Assembly (NCBI GenBank): GCA_032718475.1
Contig: JAUCBJ010003298.1
Span: forward strand, 26,649-90,648
DNA: 64,000 bases
Direction of reading: 5' to 3'
Origin: Nemertoderma westbladi
Taxonomy: Eukaryota; Animalia; Xenacoelomorpha
Shown here piece by piece: positions 40,442 through 53,005 of this stretch; within the stretch, counting starts at the first letter, position 1, and each line of letters begins with the position of its first letter. The notes under the pieces were generated by a model. It made no database searches and was not told the origin of the DNA. It saw nothing but the letters and a program-made list of their open reading frames with translations. A program made the position numbers and the translations under genes.

Positions 40442-42550
40442 TGCGATTTTAACTATGACTGGGAGAAACTCGGAACTGACAATGCTGTAAAGGATGCTTA
40501 TACAGTAGAAGTTCAAAACCGCTTTGAAGCACTTCAGTCAATGGATGAAGACCAATCCACCGATTCAATATACCAGAATATAATAACAGCCCACAAGGAA
40601 TCAGCTAAGAGGCATATCCCCCAGAAACCTAAACGAAAACAGTATGTGCCATGGCAAAACTCTGAGGTTACTTGTAAGAGAGAAGATCTTAAGATAGCCT
40701 ACAAAGTTAAAACCGAACAACCAACAACCGAAAACATTAACAAGGTTGAGAAAGCGAAGGACGATCTTAAATTGGCCTACAACATCAGCCAGGAAAAGTA
40801 CATACAGGATAAAACTGAAGCAATTACAACTGCTCACATACAGCAACAATCAAGACTTACCTGGCAAACTGTAAATGAGGTATCTGGTCGGAAAAGTTGT
40901 GCAAAGGGGCGCCTCAAAGCCGATAGTCCTGAAGAACGTGTTGGGAAGTGGAAAAATCACTTCAGCAACTTGCTTGGGCAGCCACCAAACATCGAGGTCA
41001 GCCCTACAAGGAAAATATATGACAAGACACTACCTATAGAAACAGGGGACTTCACACCTGCCGAACTCCAAAGAAGCATTAAAAGCATGTCCAATAATAA
41101 AGCGAGTGGATTAGATGAAATCCCAGCGGAGGTATGGAAAACCGGAGTGCTAAATAGACCATTATTGAATGTTTGCAACCGGATGTTAAAAGGGGAAAAG
41201 CCACCACCAATTTGGACTAAAGGTCAACTAAAGCCTCTCCCCAAGAAAGGAGACCTCGGCATACCAACAAACTATCGTGGGATCTGTCTGCTTGTGGTAG
41301 CTGCCAAAATATACAATAAAATGATTCTATATAGGATTAGGCCTCACATAGAGAAACTACTGCGTAAGAGCCAAAACGGATTTCGACCAAGTAGATCAAC
41401 AATAGCTCAGATACTTGCACTACGGAGACTGATTGAAGGAATTAAGTCAAAGAATCTCCCCGCAGTCATGACTTTTGTGGACTTCAAGAAGGCATTCGAC
41501 TCCATCCATAGAGGTAAAATGCTTGAAATCCTAAGAGCTTATGGAATACCAGAAGTAATTGTTGCTGGCATTGGATTGCTATATTGTGACACAGAAGCGC
41601 AGGTACTCTCACCAGATGGTGAAACTGAGTTTTTCTCAATCCTGGCTGGCGTACTGCAAGGTGACACATTAGCACCATTACTATTTGTAATTGTGCTGGA
41701 TTACGCAATGAGGACGGCCACAAAGGGTGAAGATCTGGGATTCACACTTCAAGAACGCAGAAGTAGTAGATATCCGGCAACTACAGTCACAGACACTGAC
41801 TTTGCGGATGACATCGCCCTGCTCTCTAATACGCTAGCAGATGCACAGCTTCTACTAAATAAAGTGGAGAGGGCTGCTAAGGAGGTTGGATTGCATATAA
41901 ATGCTACCAAGACCGAATTCATGACCTTTAATGTTGATGGAAACTTGACAACCATTGATAATAATCAACTAAGGAAGGTCGATGACTTCCAGTACCTTGG
42001 ATCATGGATAGAGAGTAGCAAAAAGGACATAGAAGTTAGGAAAGCAAAGGCTTGGGTAGCTCTATCAAAAATGGATACCATCTGGAAATCAGATCTCTCC
42101 AGGCACCTGAAGACCAAGTTCTTTCGAGCCACAGTGGAAAGTGTATTTTTATACGGGGGTGAGACCTGGACACTGACTAAATCACTTCAACAACGAATTC
42201 ATGGTTGCTACACAAGACTACTAAGGGCAGCCCTAAACATCAGCTGGAGACAACACATGACAAACGCCGAGCTTTATGGTACAATACCACCTGTATCAAC
42301 CACCCTCCGCGAACGCAGATTAAGATTCAGTGGGCACTGCTGGCGAAGTAAAGACGAGGTCATACCAGATCTACTTCTCTGGCAACCAACTCATGGAAAG
42401 CGTAGTCGTGGACGACCTGCCATAACATATATAGATCAACTTGAAAGGGATACTGAACTTGGGAGAAACGAAATTGCGACAACTATGGAGAATCGGGAAG
42501 CCTGGAAGGATCTCATTTCCACTGTCCGAGTTCGCTCGACCTAGTAGTAG
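40442..42550 (+). mobile_element. 5'-truncated RTE-clade non-LTR retrotransposon with an intact reverse transcriptase frame
   Basis: About 700 codons open with KASGLDEIP, PKKGDL…NYRGI, QNGFR, FVDFKKAFDS, GVLQGDTLAP, DFADD and C-terminal KRSRGRP; no endonuclease domain; (TAG)3 tail; TSD TAACGATTAAT at 40431-40441 and 42551-42561. Confidence 0.95.
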
Positions 42551-42776
42551 TAACGATTAATAATATCAAAAATTTAGGTATTTAATATTTATATATAATA
42601 AATATATTTAAGTAATAATTTCTTTTATATCGCTGCCAGAAGAACTGTTGTTTCGTTGTTCTCCACTATCTGCATCATATCGCTGTTAATAATAGAAGCT
42701 AACTTCTAACTACTAACAGTATACTGCAGAATTAACCAACGTGTGGCAGAATTGAATGGGAGAATCTTTTCACAGT

Positions 42777-43624
42777 CTTCTATAGTAAACCCTTCCACTC
42801 TGTTTCGTAAAGGAATGCCTGTTCACCACCATGGATGATCTTCTACAGTAAACCCTTCCACTCTGTTTCGTAAAGGAATGCCTGTTCACCACCATGGATG
42901 ATCTTCTGCAGTAATCCTTTCCACTCTGTTTCGTAAAGGAATGCCTGTTCACCACCATGGATGATCTTCTGCAGTAATCCTTTCCACTCTGTTTCGTAAA
43001 GGAATGCCTGTTCACCACCATGGATGATATTCTGCAGTAATCCTTTCCACTCTGTTTCGTAAAGGAATACCTGTTCACCACCATGGATGATCTTCTGCAG
43101 TAATCCTTTCCACTCTGTTTCCTATAGGAATGCCTGTTCACCACCATGGATGATCTTCTGCAGTAATCCTTTCCACTCTGTTTCGTAAAGGAATGCCTGT
43201 TCACCACCATGGATGATCTTCTGCAGTAATCCTTTCCACTCTGTTTCGTAAAGGAATGCCTGTTCACCACCATGGATGATCTTCTGCAGTAATCCTTTCC
43301 ACTCTGTTTCGTAAAGGAATGCCTGTTCACCACCATGGATGATCTTCTGCAGTAATCCTTTCCACTCTGTTTCGTAAAGGAATGCCTGTTCACCACCATG
43401 GATGATCTTCTGCAGTAATCCTTTCCACTCTGTTTCCTATAGAATGCCTGTTCACCACCATGGATGATCTTCTGCAGTAATCCTTTCCACTCTGTTTCGT
43501 AAAGGAATGCCTGTTCACCACCATGGGTGATCTTCTGCAGTAATCCTTTCCACTCTGTTTCCTAAAGGAATGGCTCTTCACCACCATGGATGATCTTCTG
43601 CAGTAATCCTTTCCACTCTGTTTC
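42777..43624. repeat. 63-bp tandem array (about 13 copies), contiguous with the SINE body
   Basis: Unit CTTCTGCAGTAATCCTTTCCACTCTGTTTCGTAAAGGAATGCCTGTTCACCACCATGGATGAT. Confidence 0.95.
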
Positions 43625-43800
43625 CCAAGTTGCCTTGGTTCCCATTTATCAACCAGTTTTAAACGAAGAAAGATGAAAGTAAGGGTTGGGCTAGGCTGCA
43701 GCATTTAAAGCATTCTGGCAAAACAGTGCTGCCCCATCTAGGGATCGAACCAGGGCTTCCTAGTTGGAATCCCAAGAATATCACCTCAAGACCAAGCTGC
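43625..43800 (-). mobile_element. tRNA-derived SINE (head plus central domain)
   Basis: Minus strand shows an A-box-like TGGTCTTGAGG and B box GGTTCGATCCC (43741-43751), followed by CCCAACCCTTACTTTCATC…GGTTGATAAATGGGAACC, resembling the conserved central domain of widespread metazoan SINEs as I recall it. Confidence 0.7.
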
Positions 43801-43805
43801 TGCTG

Positions 43806-46800
43806 TGTAGCAGAATTAACCATAGTGTAGCAGAAGTAGCCAATGTGTAGTAGAATTAAACAATGTGTAGCTGAAGTCAGAATTAAACAATGTGTAGCAG
43901 AATTAACCAAAGTGTAGCAGAAGTCAGAATTAAACAATGTGTAGCAGAATTAACCAAAGTGTAGCAGAAGTCAGAATTAACCAAAGTGTAGCAGAAGTCA
44001 GAATTAAACAATGTGTAGCTGAAGTCAGAATTAAACAATGTGTAGCTGAAGTCAGAATTAAACAATGTGTAGCAGAATTAACCAAAGTGTAGAAGAAGTC
44101 AGAATTAAACAACGTGTAGCTGAATTAACCAAAGTGTAGCAGAAGTCAGAATTAACCAAAGTGTAGCAGAAGTCAGAATTAAACAATGTGTAGCTGAAGT
44201 CAGAATTAAACAATGTGTAGCTGAAGTCAGAATTAAACAATGTGTAGCTGAATTAACCAATGTGTAGCTGAATTAACCAAAGTGTAGCAAAAGTCAGAAT
44301 TAAACAATGTGTAGCTGAAGTCAGAATTAAACAATGTGTAGCTGAATTAAACAATTTGTAGCAGAATTCAACAAAGTGTAGCAGAAGTCAGAATTAAACA
44401 ATGTGTAGCAGAATTAACCAAAGTGTAGCAGAACTCAGAATTAAACAATGTGTAGCTGAAGTCAGAATTAAACAATGTGTAGCTGAATTAACCAATGTGT
44501 AGCAGAATTAAACAATGTGTAGCTGAACCAAAGTGTAGCAGAAGTCAGAATTAAACAATGTGTAGCTGAAGTCAGAATTAAACAATGTGTAGCTGAATTA
44601 AACAATTTGTAGCAGAATTCAACAAAGTGTAGCAGAAGTCAGAATTAAACAATGTGTAGCAGAATTAACCAAAGTGTAGCAGAAGTCAGAATTAAACAAT
44701 GTGTAGCTGAAGTCAGAATTAAACAATGTGTAGCTGAATTAACCAATGTGTAGCAGAATTAAACAATGTGTAGCTGAATTAACCAAAGTGTAGCAGAAGT
44801 CAGAATTAAACAATGTGTAGCTGAATTAACCAAAGTGCAGCTGAAGTCAGAATTAAACAATGTGTAGCTGAATTAACCAATGTGTAGCTGAAGTCAGAAT
44901 TAAACAATGTGTAGCTGAATTAACCAATGTGTAGAAGAATTAAACAATGTGTAGCTGAATTAACCAAAGTGTAGCAGAATTAAACAATGTGTAGCAGAAT
45001 TAACCAAAGTGTAGCTGAAGTCAGAATTAAACAATGTGTAGCTGAATTAACCAAAGTGCAGCAGAAGTCAGAATTAAACAATGTGTAGCTGAAGTCAGAA
45101 TTAAACAATGTGTAGCTGAATTAACCAATGTGTAGCAGAATTAAACAATGTGTAGCAGAATTAACCAAAGTGTAGCAGAAGTCAGAATTAAACAATGTGT
45201 AGCAGAATTAAACAATGTGTAGCAGAATTAAACAATGTGTAGCTGAAGTCAGAATTAAACAATGTGTAGCTGAATTAACCAATGTGTAGCAGAATTAAAC
45301 AATGTGTAGCAGAATTAACCAAAGTGTAGCAGAAGTCAGAATTAAACAATGTGTAGCAGAAGTCAGAATTAACCAAAGTGTAGCAGAAGTCAGAATTAAA
45401 CAATGTGTAGCTGAAGTCAGAATTAAACAATGTGTAGCAGAATTAAACAATGTGTAGCAGAATTAAACAATGTGTAGCTGAATTAACCAAAGTGTAGCAG
45501 AAGTCAGAATTAAACAATGTGTAGCTGAAGTCAGAATTAAACAATGTGTAGCTGAATTAACCAAAGTGTTGCAGAAGTCAGAATTAAACAATGTGTAGCT
45601 GAATTAAACAATGTGTAGCTGAATTAACCAATGTGTAGCAGAATTAAACAATGTGTAGCTGAATTAAACAATGTGTAGCAGAATTAAACAATGTATAGCA
45701 GAATTAACCAAAGTGTAGCAGAAGTCAGAATTAAACAACGTGTAGCTGAATTAACCAAAGTGTAGCAGAAGTCAGAATTAACCAAAGTGTAGCAGAAGTC
45801 AGAATTAAACAATGTGTAGCTGAAGTCAGAATTAAACAATGTGTAGCAGAATTAAACAATGTGTAGCTGAAGTCAGAATTAAACAATGTGTAGCTGAATT
45901 AACCAATGTGTAGCAGAATTAAACAATGTGTAGCAGAATTAACCAAAGTGTAGCAGAAGTCAGAATTAAACAATGTGTAGCAGAAGTCAGAATTAACCAA
46001 AGTGTAGCAGAAGTCAGAATTAAACAATGTGTAGCTGAAGTCAGAATTAAACAATGTGTAGCAGAATTAAACAATGTGTAGCAGAATTAAACAATGTGTA
46101 GCTGAATTAACCAAAGTGTAGCAGAAGTCAGAATTAAACAATGTGTAGCTGAAGTCAGAATTAAACAATGTGTAGCTGAATTAACCAAAGTGTAGCAGAA
46201 GTCAGAATTAAACAATGTGTAGCTGAATTAAACAATGTGTAGCTGAATTAACCAATGTGTAGCAGAATTAAACAATGTGTAGCAGAATTAAACAATGTGT
46301 AGCAGAATTAAACAATGTGTAGCAGAATTAACCAAAGTGTAGCAGAAGTCAGAATTAAACAACGTGTAGCTGAATTAACCAAAGTGTAGCAGAAGTCAGA
46401 ATTAACCAAAGTGTAGCAGAAGTCAGAATTAAACAATGTGTAGCTGAATTAAACAATGTGTAGCTGAATTAAACAATGTGTACCTGAAGTCAGAATTAAC
46501 CAAAGTGTAGCAGAAGTCAGAATTAAACAATGTGTAGCTGAAGTCAGAATTAAACAATGTGTAGCAGAATTAAACAATGTGTAGCAGAATTAACCAAAGT
46601 GTAGCAGAAGTCAGAATTAAACAACGTGTAGCTGAATTAACCAAAGTGTAGCAGAAGTCAGAATTAAACAATGTGTAGCTGAAGTCAGAATTAAACAATG
46701 TGTAGCTGAATTAAACAATGTGTAGCTGAAGTCAGAATTAACCAAAGTGTAGCAGAAGTCAGAATTAAACAATGTGTAGTAGAATTAAACAATGTGTAGC

Positions 46801-47925
46801 TGAAGTCAGAATTAAACAATGTGTAGCTGAAGTCAGAATTAAACAACGTGTAGCTGAATTAACCAAAGTGTAGCAGAAGTCAGAATTAAACAATGTGTAG
46901 CAGAATTAAACAATGTGTAGCTGAAGTCAGAATTAAACAACGTGTAGCTGAATTAACCAAAGTGTAGCAGAATTAAACAATGTGTAGCAGAAGTCAGAAT
47001 TAAACAATGTGTAGCAGAATTAAACAATGTGTAGTAGAATTAAACAATGTGTAGCTGAAGTCAGAATTAAACAATGTGTAGCTGAATTAACCAATGTGTA
47101 GCTGAAGTCAGAATTAAACAATGTGTAGCAGAATTAAACAATGTGTAGCTGAAGTCAGAATTAAACAACGTGTAGCTGAATTAACCAAAGTGTAGCAGAA
47201 GTCAGAATTAAACAATGTGTAGCTGAAGTCAGAATTAAACAATGTGTAGCTGAAGTCAGAATTAAACAATGTGTAGCTGAATTAACCAATGTGTAGCAGA
47301 ATTAAACAATGTGTAGCTGAATTAACCAATGTGTAGCAGAATTAAACAATGTGTAGCTGAATTAACCAATGTGTAGCAGAATTAAACAATGTGTAGCTGA
47401 ATTAAACAATGTGTAGTAGAATTAAACAATGTGTAGCTGAAGTCAGAATTAAACAATGTGTAGCAGAATTAAACAATGTGTAGCTGAAGTCAGAATTAAA
47501 CAACGTGTAGCTGAATTAACCAAAGTGTAGCAGAAGTCAGAATTAAACAATGTGTAGCAGAATTAAACAATGTGTAGCTGAAGTCAGAATTAAACAACGT
47601 GTAGCTGAATTAACCAAAGTGTAGCAGAAGTCAGAATTAAACAATGTGTAGCTGAAGTCAGAATTAAACAATGTGTAGCTGAAGTCAGAATTAAACAATG
47701 TGTAGCTGAATTAACCAATGTGTAGCAGAATTAAACAATGTGTAGCTGAATTAACCAATGTGTAGCAGAATTAAACAATGTGTAGCTGAATTAACCAAAG
47801 TGTAGCAGAAGTCAGAATTAAACAATGTGTAGCTGAATTAACCAAAGTGCAGCAGAAGTCAGAATTAAACAAATGTGTAGCAGAATTAACCAATGTACAG
47901 CAGAATTAAACAATGTGTAGCAGAT
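43806..47925. repeat. 4.1-kb mixed 20/27-bp tandem array
   Basis: Units GTGTAGC(A/T)GAATTAA(A/C)CAA(T/A) and the same with an AGTCAGA insertion, irregularly interleaved; ends about 27 bp before the PBRM1 acceptor. Confidence 0.96.
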
Positions 47926-47952
47926 GTGACGGGATTTTATTTTTTCCTTTAG

Positions 47953-48090
47953 ATGTGGAGCGATGGAGTTGTTGAACTTCTAGAAAGAGATGAACCGCTA
48001 CCCAATACTAGAGTAGCTAGTATATTTGCGTCCAACGTTAACAACAACACCGAGGATACTGATACGTGGCAGGATGATTTGGAAATACAG
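47953..48090 (+). CDS. PBRM1: Polybromo-1 internal exon (BAH1-BAH2 linker)
   Basis: TTTTTCCTTTAG|…|GTAAGT; 46 codons MWSDGVVELLERDEPLPNTRVASIFASN…DDLEIQ, matching PBRM1 RDVPLPVVRVASVFAN. Confidence 0.85.
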
Positions 48091-48311
48091 GTAAGTTGAT
48101 CGAAACTCCACAAATAGACCCCCGAACAAACGAGACATTATCTACTTCCCGATCAAATAGCTTTGTTACTGCCATACTGCTCGATTGCAACCATACTGAA
48201 TCTGGCGCCTAATTACAACTATATTCAATAATTAATAATAATGACAAATTCTTTGAATTGTAATTATTATTTTGGATTTTACAATTAAATAATATTTACT
48301 TTGTCCCACAG

Positions 48312-48448
48312 GATGTTGTTATAGAACATTACCCAGATGGAGAGGAAGGGAGTATCTACTACGAACAAGTCTCTCTGCAGACAGGAACCTTCAAACTGGG
48401 AGATTGTGTTTATGTGAGATCGGATAGAGACAAACCATTCCTAGCGAG
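48312..48448 (+). CDS. PBRM1: Polybromo-1 internal exon (start of BAH2)
   Basis: CCCACAG|GAT…GCGAG|GTAGGG; DVVIEHYPDGEEGSIYYEQVSLQTGTFKLGDCVYVRSDRDKPFLA+AG, matching PBRM1 DVPVEMSNGEPGCHYFEQL…LKVGDCVFIKS; in frame with the previous exon. Confidence 0.9.
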
Positions 48449-49705
48449 GTAGGGTACAGGATAGAGACAAACCATTCCTAGCGAGGTAGGTACAAGATAG
48501 AGACAAACCATTCCTAGAGAGGTAGGGTACAGGATAGAGACAAACCATTCCTAGAGAGGTAGGGTACAGGATAGAGACAAACCATTCCTAGAGAGGTAGG
48601 GTACAGGATAGAGACAAACCATTCCTAGAGAGGTAGGGTACAGGATAGAGACAAACCATTCCTAGAGAGGTAGGGTACAGGATAGAGACAAACCATTCCT
48701 AGAGAGGTAGGGTACAGGATAGAGACAAACCATTCCTAGAGAGGTAGGGTACAGGATAGAGACAAACCATTCCTAGCGAGGTAGGGTACAGGATAGAAAC
48801 AAACCATTCCTAGAGAGGTAGGGTACAGGATAGAGACAAACCATTCCTAGCGAGGTAGGGTACAGGATAGAAACAAACCATTCCTAGAGAGGTAGGGTAC
48901 AGGATAGAGACAAACCATTCCTAGCGAGGTAGGTACAAGATAGAGACAAACCATTCCTAGAGAGGTAGGGTACAGGATAGAGACAAACCATTCCTAGAGA
49001 GGTAGGGTACAGGATAGAGACAAACCATTCCTAGAGAGGTAGGGTACAGGATAGAGACAAACCATTCCTAGAGAGGTAGGGTACAGGATAGAGACAAACC
49101 ATTCCTAGAGAGGTAGGGTACAGGATATAGACAAACCATTCCTAGCGAGGTAGGGTACAGGATAGAGACAAACCATTCCTAGCGAGGTAGGTACAAGATA
49201 GAGACAAACCATTCCTAGAGAGGTAGGGTACAGGATAGAGACAAACCATTCCTAGAGAGGTAGGGTACAGGATAGAGACAAACCATTCCTAGAGAGGTAG
49301 GGTACAGGATAGAAACAAACCATTCCTAGCGAGGTAGGGTACAGGATAGAGACAAACCATTCCTAGCGAGGTAGGGAACATGATAAAGACAAACCATTCC
49401 TAGAGAGGTAGGGTACAGGATAGAGACAAACCATTCCTAGAGAGGTAGGGTACAGGATAGAGACAAATCATTCCTAGAGAGGTAGGGTATAGGATAGAGA
49501 CAAACCATTCCTAGAGAGGTAGGGTACAGGATAGAGACAAACCATTCCTAGAGAGGTAGGGTACAGGATAGAGACAAACCATTCCTAGAGAGGTAGGGTA
49601 CAGGATAGAGACAAACCATTCCTAGAGAGGTAGGGTACAGGATAGAGACAAACCATTCCTAGAGAGGTAGGGTACAGGATAGAGACAAACCATTCCTAGA
49701 GAGGT
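48422..49705. repeat. 37-bp tandem array (about 35 copies) built from the PBRM1 exon end plus donor site
   Basis: Unit GATAGAGACAAACCATTCCTAG(A/C)GAG|GTAGGGTACAG; the first copy is the coding end of exon 48312-48448. Confidence 0.97.
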
Positions 49706-51171
49706 ATGGTGTAGAGAAAAACCATTTCTTAGCTAGTTTTATTTTAAATCAATATAAAACTAATAGCCATTTTTCTCAAATGACTTTTAATACGAAAAAT
49801 GCCATAACGGATCGGTATACAGAATTCTGCAAACAGAATGAAAAGTCATTAGAGAAAAATTGTCATTGGTTTTCTGTTGATCTAAACTGACCACATAATG
49901 TCCACAAAGGTGAAACCTTTTCAAATTTATTGAAAAGTAATCTTTTATTAAATATGGTTCTGTTACTGTACTTATGGGGTATTTTATGGCGCTGATTCCA
50001 AAGGAGAAAAATAATTCTTAAATAATTTTACAAAGAGTGGTGCTGCACCAAAATCACAAATTTTGGATGAAAGATTGTTGTCATAACCACCCAAGAACGT
50101 AAATATGGTACCGTATTTACTCGAATAAGAGTCTGCGTTTAAGTTTATAAATTGCCAATTGGGGAAGCGTTTATTCGGGGAAGGCGTTAAGTTCCAAATT
50201 GTGTGGTTGGAGTGGGGGCGTATATGTTTATGTTCTAGATTTTCGATTTTGAATCTAAATACCCTAATAAAGAATGTTGTTAAATTCAAGAAAACAAGTT
50301 AAACAAATTAAATAATTCAAATAAAACCAGGATTATCTTTATTACAAAGCAGCCTATTACAGCGGTACAAAATTCTCACCAAAATTGGCCAAACGGGTGT
50401 CCTGAAGCCATAACTTCTGTTTATGTCGGTTCTAGAAAGTGGTTGATGGCTTCAATGAAAGCTGCCGCTGAAGCGTAGATTTTGTACAATTAATTTCAGC
50501 TCAAACAGACATCATGTCTTCCCGCACCTGAACATAATATGGCCAAAAAATGAGATTTTCAAATGTCCCATGTCCAAAGTGCTAGAAATAAATGGAGATT
50601 CGTTTACAGTAGTATTTGTATACATACAATGTAGTTAGTGTCGTACAGCTGCATTTAACATCGTGTCCGACACTTCTCAGATTTTCACGTCCGACCCTGT
50701 AATGGTGCTCAGTTCATCTTAAATTTTTAAGAGTAATCCTAAAAGTAAATATTCATTTGAAAGCAAATTTTCTCAGGATGACCGACCATGTTAAAATTTC
50801 ATCGCATTTGCTTAATTTCCGTCCAAGTAATCGTCTTCTAAGTAGACCAAGGTATATGTGACACAGACATTGCCTATTTGAAAGTGATAGAATTACAGAT
50901 TAAAGATACTGCAAGATTCATATTTCTCAGCGCTTTCAGGGGGTGTATGAAATTAGGTTAGCCACACTGCAAATTATTTATAAACAATAATCAATCAATG
51001 TGTCCGGCACTGTAATGGTGTCCGCCCCTGGTAATGTATGGCTCTAAAAGTATATCTTTCACTATATTCAAAATATAATTATAGGCGGGTATTATTATAC
51101 ATTTACCAAGAAATGTTAAGCATTACAAGCCGGACAAATCATTACAGGACGCGGACATAATGATATATTTA

Positions 51172-52591
51172 GCCCTCCCAGCCAAAAAAATCGAGAAAAA
51201 AAAGGAAAAAAGGATTTAATATTTTCAAAAAAAAGGAAAAAAAGGATAGGATGCAGTTAAAAAAAAGGAAAAAAAGGTAGGATGCAGTTAAAAAAAAGGA
51301 AAAAAAGGATCGGATACAGTTCAAAAAAAGGGGAAAACTGAATAGATATTATCTTTACAAAAGTAATAGTAAACATTATGTCTTTAGTGCTGTTTCTTGA
51401 TTCTATTTCATTAACCTTACTGTTTATACTATGAAGAATCCCATAAAGAAACGTCCTGTTTTAAATGACAGGAAGATATCAAAGAAAGTTAAAAAATATA
51501 AACACGCAGGAAAGAGAACAACGGCAATGGTAATATAATTAATATTAATTATACTGATATTTTCACCTTTTTTGCCTCGTTATCAGAGATGGTCGAGCTC
51601 CGCCGATTGATGGTCATTGATATAGGTTTATCAAATGATTGTAAATATAACTTTAGTTTGAAAGTGACATAAAACCTTTGGAATGGATTTCCGGTCGTGG
51701 CTACATTTATATAAATAACAAAAATGCTTTTAGACGCAATCAAAATTCAACCATATCCAGGGGAAAATGGACGCAAATAACAGCCGATTGCGAGCAAAAA
51801 TGAAACTGTAACAGTGTTATAGGCTTTCATTTATTGTTTTGGTTAGAATAGACTGCCACTGCAACCTGTTCCTTTCCCTAAATTGAAATCATCATTGTTG
51901 ATTCACCAAGGCGGTTTTGCGTCAATTATAATAAATCACACGCTAAAAATGTAGCTGCGGAGAGAACTTTAATATACATATTTTCTGAGACAGAGACAGC
52001 CTCTGTCTCAGAAATAAATATATTAAAGTTATCTCCACAGCTACATTTTTATGGTAGCTTAGCTTGTGATTTTTGTCAAAAAAATATCTAATCAAAATAT
52101 AATAGGCATATGCCCTGCCCGTCAATCTCTGTTATAACCTTGTCAATATCAGCAGCAAGCTGAAATTTCAGTTTATCTGCCAATGATTGCTGGGATCTCA
52201 TGGTTTCCATTGGTACCGGTACCGTTAAGTATGATTGCAGGAAAATAACTGGTCCTGTACATTGTTATTAGTTTACTACCAAGCCAAGGACAACTATACT
52301 GATAGTATATAGTAAGTACTGAAATCGTCATATATGGAACTACAGTCAGACAGTGGTACAGTACCGGTAATTGATTAAACTGCACGACCAGTCCATCTGT
52401 CTCCCGCTGCCTTGTACTGAATATATGTTACAACTTACAGCAGGCTATTTTCTGAACTAAAAAAAGGAAAAAAAGGTGTGAAAATGGACAAAATAAAAGG
52501 AAAAAAGGGAAAATTCTAAAAAAAAAAAAGGAAAAAAAGGAAACGTTCTAAAAAAAAAGGAAAAAAAAGGAAAAAAGGAAACTCTGGGAGG
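51172..52591. mobile_element. Probable non-autonomous DNA element with short inverted ends and purine-rich subterminal repeats
   Basis: CCTCCCAG near 51174 and CTGGGAGG near 52584; (A)nGG runs at 51185-51335 and 52458-52580; both flanks carry GAAATGTTAAGCATTACA…CAAATCATTACAGG, suggesting insertion into another repeat. Confidence 0.45.
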
Positions 52592-53005
52592 ATTTACAAT
52601 GAATTTATAATGAAATGTTAAGCATTACAGGCCGTACAAATCATTACAGGGCGGACTCGTTTTAAATGCCAAATAAATTTTTTCAACGGCGCATAAGTGT
52701 TTGTCCATGGTCCCATGAAATTCCTGACATCAAGAGCTTTTAGAAAATATATGGGTTTACTATATTCTGGAGAGAAAATCCCACCCCACCCCTGCCTACC
52801 CACCCCTCCACATTGGCCCCCAACCCCACCGCCAACACCCTCCACCTTAGGCCAACCTCTTCCCTTTATATCAAAAAGAAGTGTAATAGTATTTCTTTAT
52901 TATAATTACCATTCAATTCTATAATCAATAATAACAACAACAACAACAATAAGGTAAATGTTTAAGGACTGAATAACTCCGGAATAATGTGTTAAATCTG
53001 CACTT

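Noticed and set aside
43640-43684. Possible PBRM1 upstream exon ending SFKRRKMK|GTAAGG
   Set aside because: No CESRY-like BAH1 sequence precedes it, an in-frame stop lies shortly upstream, and it is the antisense of the SINE central domain.
43725-43800. tRNA gene on the minus strand
   Set aside because: A and B boxes are present but I could not fold a clean cloverleaf, and it continues into a SINE-type body.
47953-47955. ATG as the start of an independent BAH gene
   Set aside because: It directly follows a strong acceptor and aligns to an internal PBRM1 position, so an internal exon is more parsimonious.
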